From Nageia nagi (lineage: Eukaryota; Plantae; Pinophyta), in contig JBITNC010000001.1 in NCBI GenBank assembly GCA_050084985.1, positions 207,762,001 through 207,826,000 on the forward strand: a stretch of DNA of 64,000 nucleotides. The letters are read 5' to 3'. Positions 52,501 to 64,000 of the stretch are shown one piece after another. The notes under the pieces were generated by a model. That model saw only the letters and a list, made by a program, of their open reading frames with translations, was not told the origin of the DNA and made no database searches. How positions within the stretch are numbered: position 1 is the stretch's first letter; every line of letters begins with the position of its first letter. The position numbers and the translations under genes are program-made.

Positions 52501-53190
52501 TCTACTTGGTACTTCTAAATTAAATGTTGTGGTTTGTACAAACTATCTTGAGGAATCTTTTAAATTCACTACCAAAATATCCATAAACTATGAATTAGGT
52601 ATATGCATATGTCTACTTGGTATTTGTAAATTGAATGTTGTGGTTCAAAAATAATATCTTGAGGAATCTTTGAACTTCATTGCCAAAATACCCATAAACC
52701 TTGAATTGGGTATGTATATGTGTCTACTTGGTGTTCATAAATTGAATATTATAATTTTTATAGGCTTTGGAAGCTTTGAATATTCATTGCCAAAACATCC
52801 ATAAATCCTAAATTGGGTGCATAGATGTGTCTATTAAGTGCTTGTAAATTGAATGTTGTGTATTTTTTTGATAGGAAGCATAATGTAAATAATGTTTCAT
52901 AGTTTGAAATGATTATATGATACACAAAAAGGCCCTTAGACACATGAAATTTGTGGAAGAATAAAAAAATACTTGGGATTTATTTTATAATATGCATGAT
53001 GAAAATATAATTTCATGGTTTATAATGATTATGTAATATACAAAATGGATTTTCTAAAAAATGCCCATAGAAATATGAAATTTATGGAAGAATAGATAAT
53101 ACCCAAGATAACTTTGATAATATGCATGATGAAAATATAGTTTCATGATATGCAATTATTATAATATTCATGGGTTTTCTAAAAGAATGA
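49590..53190 (+). pseudogene. Array of degenerate PLS-class pentatricopeptide repeat (PPR) gene fragments
   Basis: 51850-52005 reads VDMYAKCRRIHKTHELFDKMHDGNTIY*NAIIKGYAIHGYNKDALKLF. 52384-52520 reads MINHYTCIIYLLGHASYLEGALNFTTNIPIK.ELGVWMYLLG (S2/E1-like). 50400-50545 has SW..YVQNGYI..PHQDVISWIVMI. Repeated as ~129-bp and ~111-bp units. Confidence 0.88.
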
Positions 53191-56100
53191 AAAAAATATA
53201 AAGTAAGAACATATATGTATAATGTAAAATAATGCATAAGGTTATAAACTAAAATACCTTATTACACCTCATAGATAACATGTATCCCCTCATCTTACCT
53301 TGTATCCTCTAGTCTCACCACATCTCCTCTTGTCTGGTCTCCCTTCTCCTCTCTCATCTTAACAATACACCAAATTTCCTCTCTCCTCCAATCCTTATGC
53401 TCAAAAAATTAGAAATGACAAAAAATTCCAAGTAACCCATCTAAGATCCCCACCTACACCTTTTTTTAAGTTTTTCTTATTTTCACTAAGGGGTGGTTTT
53501 TAACCACCCCATAAATATTTTTTGGGGTAGCTAAAAATTATCTTGCTAAAATTGCCACTAAACTTTAAAAATTGGCAGTTTAAAATGACCCATAAAAATT
53601 GCCTCAACTTAGCCATCCCCAAATTCCTGTTTTATTATAATTTCAAGTATTAATATTATATCATCTTTAAATTTATATTACCTTAAAATACCTCAAATTA
53701 ATTTATCCTCTTCCACATTACAAATAAGAGCTTTCAATGATACTATATCTTCCACTATGTGTACTATTCTTCTACAACTTTGTGTGGGTCCTAGAAGTTT
53801 ACATACATTATTTCATGTCATTAAAGGATATGTATATTATAATATTTTATTTGGAATACCATGGATATATGGAATGAGATGTGATCCTTCTACTTTACAT
53901 CAATGTATTAAATTTATCTATGAAGGAAATATGTGTTATATTAAAGTTTATATGAAATCATTTAAATATTGTAATTATATCCCTTCCCCTCATGAAATAA
54001 TTCTTTATTTCACACATCGTATGCCAATAAATTCTCCATCCACTTCTATTCCATCTAATGTTATATCTCCCAATGAGGTTCCTTCTATTGCTAAATCAAA
54101 TGAGAAATCTATTATTAGTTATACATCTCCCCCCATAGGTGAGTATACATTAAATGATCAATATATCACTCTACCTAATATTCCCTCTATTAGATACATG
54201 GTTAATCCTACAATATATACTAAATTTAAGGAACCATATCTTAAACCTATATCCTTTGTTCATGAAGGGAATGATATGTCAAGTATAGCTACATCAATTG
54301 GGGAACCTCAACCTTATTCTTCATCTAGTGCTCCTCTTGATCATGTATCAAAATATACATTTATCACATAATAATTTGATGAAAAATATGGTTGGAAAGT
54401 ACATGAACTTGGTAAGTATGAAAAAGGTTTAAAAAATCCCATGATTATTGATTCTTATAAACCTCTTGATAAAACTAGTTTGGGCTATAAAAGATAAACA
54501 TTAGTCATTAGTTATATCAAATTAAAAGGAACCATCTTATAAAGAGGATATTTCTAATGATAGAATTCCTCAATTACATTGTATAGAATTTGAAAAGGAT
54601 TTATGTTTAAAATTTTTATTTTCTATTAATACCCTTTCACATGAGATTATTCCATCAATCAACATTCGACCATGGTCATCCAATTTTGTGGTCATTGATA
54701 ATACTATTTTCCTTGATCATGGTCTTGATTCTTTTGATGTTTATTTTAATCCTTCCTTCAATAATAGTTTGCTTGTTTATTATGAAATTACTACATCTCC
54801 TACACCTTTCATGTTAAATTTTGATAATGAGGATTTTATTCAAGAGTTTGCAAGTGTTGATGTGGAAGAATTCTCTCATGTATGATCCACTTACTCATTA
54901 TATTTGCATTATATCTATGGATATTTTTACACCTTTGAAATATGTTTAAAATGGATTACATTGTATTTCCTATTAATATTTATCAAAATTTATTTTTATT
55001 AGAAAATTATCATATTTTTTTAGATTATTTTGCAAGTGATGAGTATATAGTAAATTATCTTGGGAGCTATACTCATCTTCTTTCATGATATAAGAATATT
55101 TATGCTCCATTTTTCAACATGGAAGGTTATTTTGAGAAATATTATTCTAACTTTGATACTTATAAAAATAATATTCTTAATATGGAAGAATAATTTGATA
55201 AATATAACTCACAAAATGAGGAAGATGAAGTTAATTTACTCCTTATACCTTCACAATTAGATGATATCTCCCATATGTTAATTGAAGAAACTATTGATTT
55301 TGACATTGGTGAATACCCTAATAAGCCATACATTATTTTACTTGGAAAAGTATTGATACAAGAGGAATAAGATCAATTTATCAATATTATTAATAAATAA
55401 CATTTTTTCTTGGAAATATGCTAACATGCCTAGACTAGACTCTAATTTGGTTGTTCATAACCTTATCCTTGAAAAATCTACAAAACCTATAAAGTAAAAA
55501 CTTAAAATAAGAACCTAAAAGTTGCATTTATTATTAAATAATAACTTCAAAAACTTTTATATGTTGGTATTATTACACCTATTGATTATCCTAAATGGGT
55601 ATATAATGTTGTTTCTATGGTTAAAAAGACTAGGGTAATTTGTATTTGTACTAATTTTTGAGATATAAATAAAGCTTGTCCAAAAGATGATTTTCCATTA
55701 TCTAACATTGTAGATACTACTATTGGTCATGAAATGATTTCAATTATGGATGATTTTAGTGGATACAATTAGAATCATATTACAAAAGATGATCAACATA
55801 AAATTTCCTTCATAACACCTTGGAGAACCTTTTGCTATAAGGTCATGCCCTTTGGTTTAAAGAATGAAAGTGCCACTTACCATTGTGCTATGAATTATAC
55901 ATGTCATGATTACATGGGTGATATTGTTTAATCCTATATTGATGATTTATTAGCCAAATCTAAAACTAAATATGCATTCCATCAAGTTCTTAAAAATATT
56001 TTTAAAAGACTCCTTGAACATAATGATAAAGTTAATCTAAAAAAGTGTGTCTTTGGTGTAACTTATGGTAATCTATTTGGTTATATTATTTGTAAAAGAG

Positions 56101-57084
56101 GGATTGAGTTTCATCCTACCAAAATCAAAGCTATAATTGAAATGCATCCTCCTAATATTATTAAAGAAATAAGAATATTGAGAAATATCAAAGCAATTTA
56201 TAGATTTATTGCATAATTATCAAGCAAATGTAAAACTTTTAATCACCTTTTAGAGAAAGGTATCAAATGTAAATGGAAAAAGGAGTGTAAATAAGTCTTT
56301 GATAAATTAAAATATATTGCATATATACTTTAGTTTTAATTCCACTAAATATTTCATGTTAATTTCACTTATATATTTTTACTACTGAAGTTGCTATTGG
56401 TAGTATGTTAGCTTAAAAAAATAATATGAATAAATAATAAGTCATATAGTACATAAGTTGTACCTTTATGATAATGAGGTTCAATATATATATATATATT
56501 AAAAAGTTATACCTTGCTATTGCTAATGCAACATGTAAATTTAGACATTACATGTTAAACCATAAAACTTATGCTATTTTTAGACATGCTCCATTAAGAT
56601 ATATGATGAGTCATGCTTACATTAATTCAAGAACATTTAAATGGATTATGCTTTTAATTGAATATGATATTGAATTCATAAATCAAATATCAATTAAAGG
56701 TTAAGTTATTATTTATCAACTTGCTAGATCTCTAATTAATGATTCTCAACCATTATCAATTGATTTTCCTGATGACCCCATTTTCCTATTGGTTGAAGAT
56801 GAGAAATTTATTGATCATGAAGATAAAATTGATATTACCATTTACTATAATGGATCTAAATATGAATAAGGGGGTGGTAATAGTATTATTTTTATCATAC
56901 ATAAAGTAAAAATCTATTTCCTTATCTTTTAAACTATAATTCCCTTGCACTAATAACATGGCAAAATATGAGGCCCTAGTCCTTGGTCCACAAATTGCAA
57001 TAATATTAAACTTTAAGAAAATCAAATCATTGGAGATTCTCAACTTATTGTTAATTAGGTTCTTGGTACTTATCAATTTCATAA

Positions 57085-59085
57085 TAAATTTAAAAATAAA
57101 TTATTTCAAATAAAAGTGATCCCTTTCTATATTACTTAAACCTAAACATTTAACTAGTATGTGCAGGCTAGACTAGACCATATAAGCATAAACTACAAAA
57201 CAAAATTGATTAAAAACACTTAAGGAGGCCTCTTCAAGCCATAATTTTTAATCAAAATATCAAATGATAATAATGTAACTAGTTTAAGGTGGTGTTAAGA
57301 AACACCAAACATTACTTGATGATGCCATTTTTTGATGATAATATCTGATCTAGCTGATTAGATCCCAAGATGAACCCAAAATATCTTCACTATCCAAACA
57401 TACTAGTTTCCCAAATGCAGGGGCATTTCTCTATCAAAACATGAAGACCTTGGGCATTTCATAATATTCAAGCATAAAGGACAAGATTCAAAACTCAATA
57501 CACATGATAGGATGAGATAAGCCTATTATGGAAATAGAACATGAAAATACGATCAAGAAATGTGATGGGTATGTCTTTGGTTTGATAAGAGGAACAAAGA
57601 TTAAAATGACTAATTTTAGCTTACCCCAAGACTAATGCTTCCTAATAACTCTTCTTAGATGCTCATGGGATATTATTGGATGTGGTAGATTCAAAATTTG
57701 TCACTTCCAGGACTCAGGAATCAACAAATTTGAAGCTTAATGTATGCACCACTTTCTAGCATCAAAATGGAGATGGAATCTTGCTTAAATAGATTTCTAA
57801 GACATGTCAAATCACCAATATAGAATCTATAAGAATTTCAAATTGAAAATGGTTATTTCTTGATTGATCTTTGATTGAATTTGAATTGGATATGATTGGA
57901 GATAAATTAGAAATATATCCATTCATTTCTTTTGTTTTTTGTTTGCTGAGCATATTTGGAACATAACCAGTGAGTCATCAATCAATGACTTGAGTTTCAT
58001 ATTTTCTTATTTTCCTACTAGATGAATCATCAATGACATGGCAAGGTGAGGTGTAAAATCTATCTAGCTATTTTCTTACAAAATAGATAATAAATAAATT
58101 AATCATATTAATGTGACTAACATTAATAAACATCAATATAATAATATTTTGACAATACAAAGTAAATGTTCAAATATAATTAACATGAGTAATGTTAATT
58201 AAATTTGAGGCATAAAAAACTAAGGTCAAAATCATAAATAACATGACTAATGTTAATTATAATTTTCAAATAAATGAATATAGTCCAAAGTACAATAAAC
58301 ATGACTAAATTTAATTGCACTTTAACCAAAAATGATTACAATTAAAAACTATAATTAATATGACTAATATTAATTATCTTTTCCAAATGACTATAATCAA
58401 AATGCAATAAACATGAATAAGTTTAGTTGAATTTTCCTAATAAATGATTATAATAAAAAATACATTAAACATGACTAACATAAATTGCATTTTCTAAAAT
58501 AAGTGACTATGATTGAAACACAATAAACATGACTAAGTTTAATTGCGATTGCCAAGTAAATGAATATGATAAAAATGCAATAAATATGACTAAGTTTAAT
58601 TGCAATTTTTCAATAAATGATTATGATCAAAAATACATTAAACATGACTAAGTTTAATTGTATTTTCCAAAACAAGTGACTATGGTTGAAATGCAATAAA
58701 CATGACTAAGTTTAATTGAGATTCCCAAGAAAATAACTATGATCAAAATGCAATAAATATGACTAAGTTTAATTGCAATTCTAAAGTAAATAATTACGAT
58801 AAAAAATACATTAAATATGACTAAGTTTAATTGCATTTTCCAAAGCAAATGACTATGATTGAAATGCAATAAATATGACTAAGTTTAATTATGATTCCAA
58901 GGAAAATAATTATGATTGAAAATACATTAAACATGACTAAGTTTAATTATTTTTTCTAAAGCAAATGACTATGATAAAAAATACTCAATAATCAATAATT
59001 AATAAAGTATCATTAAATGTAACCAAATTAACTAAATAATAAAGCATGCTAATAATAAAAGTGTGTTATTGAAAATGTAGTGAAA
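57085..59085. mobile_element. ~2-kb non-coding insertion in the aRH domain (LTR-like fragment with satellite)
   Basis: The aRH reading frame stops at ..LGTYQFHN (~57085) and resumes at ..EYLHKYK (~59098). Termini and TSD were not resolved. Confidence 0.6.
58180..58990. repeat. Tandem repeat, 57-58-bp unit, ~14 copies, with a 173-bp trimer higher-order period
   Basis: atgactaagtttaattg-like motif at 58471, 58529, 58586, 58644, 58702, 58759, 58817, 58875 and 58933; more diverged copies from ~58185. Confidence 0.92.
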
Positions 59086-61499
59086 GGTACTAAATTTGAG
59101 TATCTACATAAATATAAACTTGTTTTTGATAAAATCCTTTTAGAATTTGATAAGTATACTATTGAATCTTCTCCACGTTCCATCAATAGATTTGTAGATA
59201 CTATTAATTCAATGGGTTCTCTTATTTCATCACAAAATAATCAAGATCAACTTATTATTCACATTACTACATTTTATGATCCATATTACATTACTAATAC
59301 CATAATTAATCAAATTGAAATTGGTAATACAAATCCTTGGTATGCATTTTTGAAATATTTTCTCAAAATAGGTATTAGTTCTCAAGATATGACTAAAATA
59401 AAATGTCATAATTTCAAATAAAATGTGCTAAATATACATTTTTGGGAGACATACTTTATAAACATGGATATTAAGGCATTATCTTGAGATTCTTAGAAGT
59501 ACCTAATAAAATTCGCCTTGCTATTTTTGAGGCCCATGATGGTACTTATGGAGCTCATTTTAGTGGAATGGCTCTTACAAAATGCTTATTAAGAATGGAA
59601 TATTTTTTTCCTACTCTTGAAAATTATTGTGTTAACTATGTTAAACATTGTATTAAATGTAAACAATTTGCAAACTTTACACACCTTCCTTCTCAATTTT
59701 CAACCTATTACTTCAATTTCATCCTTTCCTCAATGGGGTCTACATCTTATTGGCCAAATTTATCTTAATTATTCATAAGGTCATAAATTCATTATTATTG
59801 CTACTAAATATTTTATAAAATGGGTAGAGTCCATGTATCTAATTAAACTTAAAGAATCCAAAATTGTTGATTTCATTGAAATAAATATTATTTTTCATTT
59901 TAAGATTCCTTCTAAATTGATCATAGATAATGTCCTCCCTTTCAAAAATAAGGAAGTTAAAACTTTATGTGATAACTATAATATTCAATTAAAGTTTTCC
60001 AAACCTTATTATTCATAAGAAAATGAACAAGCTGAAGCATCAAACAAAATAATTATCTAAGCTCTTCAATTTTTTTTCGAAAATGCACAAAGAGATTGGC
60101 ATACAAAACTTCCCTTTGCATTATGGGTATACATAATAAGAATTTGTACACCTACAAGAGAAATCCCTTATTCATTAGTTTGTGGTGCTAAAACTTTTTT
60201 GATACTTGAACTTTAAATTCTATCACTCTGTATTTCATTACAAGAATTCATTGATGAAAATACATACAAAGAAAATAGGCTAGCCCTACTTTATCTCCTT
60301 GATGAAAGACACATAATTTCTCTTAAACACTTAAGAATTTATCAAGAAAAAATTAAAATAGCTTATAATAAATTGATACATTTCATGAATTTGAAGTTGT
60401 TTATCTTGTTTTAAAACAAAATCAACAAATCACAAGTCAACCTCATGCTGAAAAGAAAAATTTGCACCTAATTAGATGGGATCATATATTATCATATGCA
60501 AATTTGGATTAGGAGCATAAAAATTGGAAATATTATAAGGTGTTAAAGAAATTTAAAAAATTAAATAATTCACCTTCATCCCTTCAATACTTATATAAAA
60601 ATAAAAACATCAAAATATGCCAAAATTATTTGCAATAAATATGGAAAATACAAAATATACAAATAAGTGTCTTGGACTAATTATGTATTTATCATTAATC
60701 AATTCTCATTATAGATTATATTAGAATTATAGAAAGGTTTTAAAGATTTAAAGCAAGTAGATTATGATTCCTCTTCATTTATAACTTATATTATGTCATC
60801 AATTTTATATCATTGCATTAGGAGTCAATACTTAGTTTTTTCTACTTTTTAATATCATACTATATTTTTTGGGTGCATAATAACCACAAGTCACTCATAT
60901 CCTTTCACCATATAATTTAGTTAAGTACACACTTATATTTTCTTTTCCATCACTTGTATATATGGATCATTCATCATGATAAAGACTGTTAGGTATAATC
61001 TTTTACCTTGTCCAACATGGAGCTATAGAATATCTTACACATTAAAATGGAAGATAGTCCTTACCTATTTCTCATTTTATAGCATGCCTTTTATTTTATC
61101 TCTATGTATCAATATTCTCCATCATTTATCATTGCATCCATCATGTTAGAGTTATGGAATGGTATTACTTAATGTTAGTAGGAGAGAATTCTATTATGTA
61201 AATTAGTTGACTCTAATTAATAGTTAATGACCAAATATTGATTGTTAGCTACTCTAATTATTTTTATTGAAAGGACATGACTCCAAAAATTGCTGAATAT
61301 GACTGATAAGAGGAGAAATAAGGATAGAGAGGATGTGTGAGAGTTATATGTGTAGTAATCATATCATTGTAACTGATCTTATTGATTAATATTAATAATA
61401 GCTATTCTTGTAACTAAATTACTTATCTTTGCTTTCTATTCTTCTCTTCCATTTATCCATCGATTCGTAGTTATAGATAAGAACCCTATCACTTGATTT

Positions 61500-64000
61500 T
61501 ATTGGTCAATAGTTCCATTACTAGAACATCTACAAATTAGAGGATTCAATGGTTGAGTGTAATGTAGAGTAATAGTTACAAGTGAGTAACTTTTCTCCCT
61601 TCACAAAAATCACTATAAAAGTGGTTCTTGAAGGAATTGAAAAACTTCAAGAAGTGGATTATTTGATAGATAGGATATGATAAGGGAAAATTAATTGATT
61701 TGATTCACAGAGATGGAAGCTATGAGGTATTTTTCTATGAATTTTTAGACATATTTCTAAAGTTGATAACCAAATAGAAATAATTTAAAACACACATTAT
61801 TATTCCATAAATCAAGTGGGATAAAGAGAACACGCTACAACTAGAATAATCAATATAATCTTAGATAGAGAAATTTTATGAGTGGGTACATAGTACCCTA
61901 GATACCTACACCACTAGATTCCTGTTACAAGATTGGGTGTCATGGAAGGTAGGCAGAGAAAGATTTTTTAGGGGGAAAAAGAAAAATATTTTTAGAAAAC
62001 CTTTCATGGATCTATAAACAATATCTAATTGAGTGACCTAGGGGTGGGGAAAAAAATATGATGAGAATGAAGATCAATTAAATTAGTATGGGGTAAGTAA
62101 AGCGTACAAGTGGAAAAAATGCAATGATTAGAAAGGGAAACTTATATAAAAAGGATAGGATTAGGAAACAAACCAAAATTTTGAAAAGAGAAAAATAAGT
62201 AGAAATGAAGAAAGAAAAGGTATCCAATTTAAACATAAGTTTGACCACACTAAGAAGATTTTATGATAATAAATTAGAAGATCAATGATGAAAGCATACA
62301 AAAAAGAAGAAGCTATAGATGGATATAGATAGGAATAGGAAATAAAGTTCATTGATAGGACCAAATTTAGAATATAACATAATGAAAGTTTAGGAATTGC
62401 TAGATAACCACATGGAAAGTGGGAAGCATACAAAGAAAGAAATGACCAAAGATAGGATTGAACCTAAATTAGTGGAAAATAAGGACATCAGTAAGAAGAT
62501 ACCAACTAATGAACTACCATCACTAATAGTAGTGGTGAACACTGAGGGAGATAGGATTATATAAGGATTCATAGTAGTAGAGAAATATGTAAAAAATTAT
62601 GATGATAACTAATATAGACCATTTGTAAGCTCACTTAAGACTCTAGAGGGAGCACTCCTCTTAAATCATTTCAATAGTATACTAGATAATGTAATTCAAC
62701 CTTTTATCAACCAATGAAATGAGATCACTGATAGGGATATTAAAGACCTAGTAACAAAGGTTAGAATAAATGAACCTATAGAAAAAAAGGCCAAAACCCA
62801 TAACACCATGAATATTAGAGAAGGGAAATATTTATTTAGCTAACTAATGCTACCTCTAAATGAATTAAGAGAGTAACAAGGGCTATTACCACCAATTTAT
62901 TAAATCAATTTGATGTCATTGAACCTATACCTCAACACCATAAATATAAGGGAAGGGGGACCTTATTTCAGCTAATTGATGCTACCTCTCAAAAAATTAA
63001 GAGAGTAATAAGGGCTATTACAACCAATTTATTAATTCTATTCTTACTTATATCCCTTACCACCCAATACCAATGAATACCACAAGAACATGGGTTATAG
63101 ATAGAATATTTGACCTTACCTAGCTTGATAATAGAAGAAGTGATAGAAATCATTGAACAACAAGTAGATGAAGTAACCTTAGAAAATATAGGGAGAGATA
63201 TAGTACCATTTACCACATAATAAATAATAGTATGACCCTTATTGACATAATTAATAAAAAAAATGGCAAACTGAATACCTATTCTTCCATAAATTCTCTT
63301 TGCCCCTTACACCACTAGATAAGCTAGAAGTTTAAAGAAGTTTTATTACTCCCTTTAAGAGGCCCAAAGCCTAAGGAAAATACTCAATTCCCATTATAGA
63401 GGAAATATAAAAACCTCCATTTAAGGATATATTTGAAGTTATAAGTGAAAACTATTTTGATATACAACTGTAAAGGGACCAACCTAGGACATCCAATTGA
63501 CATTATTGATAGATGATACCAAACCCTCAATCTAAGAGATAATGAGAAAATAACCCTAAACCCTAATAATATAGGAAATAGTAAATGGATAGTTATAATA
63601 CATTATGTATCTTCCAAAAAGATACCCATGATGCGAAGGAGTACTTAGTTATACTAGAAAATGATTGGACAAGGTGATATGTTACACATGAGGGTACATT
63701 TATCATCAAATTTACAACCATATTATATGATGAAGTACTAAAATGGTATATGAAATTTACATATATTCCTCAAGAATGAACAACAAAAATATGAATGATA
63801 TTAAATAGCTTTCAAAATCAAATACCATTTTCTATAATTTGGATTAGAAAGTGTAAGCAAAATGCATGATCTAGTCATGGGATCTAGGCAAATAGTATAA
63901 TAATATGAAAAAAGGTTTAAAGTAACTCAAAGGAGACTTCAAGAACCAATGAAAAAATAGAAAGTCAAATAATTCATTTTTGGGCTATGACCAAAATTCA
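61500..64000 (+). mobile_element. Highly decayed Ty3/gypsy 5' region with a gag (Retrotrans_gag-like) remnant
   Basis: 63620-63750 translates KDTHDAKEYLVILENDWTR*YVTHEGTFIIKFTTILYDEVLKWYM (capsid-like D.xxHL..W....F...L..xALxWY pattern); A-rich decayed coding-like sequence upstream. Confidence 0.5.

Larger units (their letters stand above)
47319..53620 (-). mobile_element. Truncated CACTA DNA transposon, probably including the PPR-fragment array
   Basis: Tnp2 remnant plus a cluster of short subterminal-like repeats in both orientations at 53480-53620 (ggggtggtttttaaccacccc, aaattgccactaaa, ttggcagttt, aaattgcctcaa). No terminal CACTA/TAGTG TIR is visible at the junction. Confidence 0.6.
53625..60590 (+). 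mobile_element. Degenerate Ogre/Tat-like pol (PR, G-patch, RT, RH, aRH, INT), split by a ~2-kb insertion
   Basis: PR (YNILFGIPWI), G-patch (KYGWKVHELGKYEKGLKNP..TSLGY ~54385-54490), RT (NKACPKDDFPL, KVMPFGLKN, YIDDLL), aRH (FPCTNNMAKYEAL..GDSQLIVN, resuming at 59080 with YTIESSPRSINRFVDT), INT (EAHDGTYGAHFSG..CIKCKQF). Confidence 0.88.

Noticed and set aside
49590-53190. Functional PPR gene
   Set aside because: Many stops and frameshifts, scrambled motif order and interleaved non-coding spacers; no long ORF.
58180-58990. CRISPR-like look (constant atgactaagtttaattg with variable intervals)
   Set aside because: The intervening segments are homologous to each other, there are no cas genes and the context is eukaryotic; it is a tandem repeat.
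62835-63040. ~70-bp direct repeat (gctacctct..aagagagtaa..gggctattac)
   Set aside because: A simple local duplication in a decayed retroelement; no termini or other structure.

Overview
Eukaryotic nuclear DNA from a large plant genome. The PLS-type PPR fragments, Ogre/Tat-like retroelements and very long TE-filled intron suggest a gymnosperm (inference). There is one intact-looking host gene: an ANTH-domain clathrin assembly protein (PICALM/ECA1-like) on the + strand, with 12 coding exons from 16243 to 25051. Its first ~85 codons are not in the window, so 1-16242 is probably part of a giant intron. The rest is a nest of decayed transposons: a chromovirus-like Ty3/gypsy element (1-7404, -) interrupted by an LTR fragment and by a 2.85-kb TG..CA element with ~220-bp terminal inverted repeats; an ~8-kb LTR-like unit carrying a disrupted ~1010-codon ORF; a chromodomain-integrase fragment; a LINE fragment whose ORF1 motif resembles CR1/L2-type elements; three Ogre/Tat-like pol remnants; a complete, pol-less, tRNA-Trp-primed LTR element with a perfect TSD (33330-39529); a CACTA element next to tandemly amplified PPR gene fragments (47319-53620); and a 58-bp satellite with a 173-bp higher-order period. 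I saw no rRNA, tRNA or CRISPR. All identities and boundaries were judged by eye.
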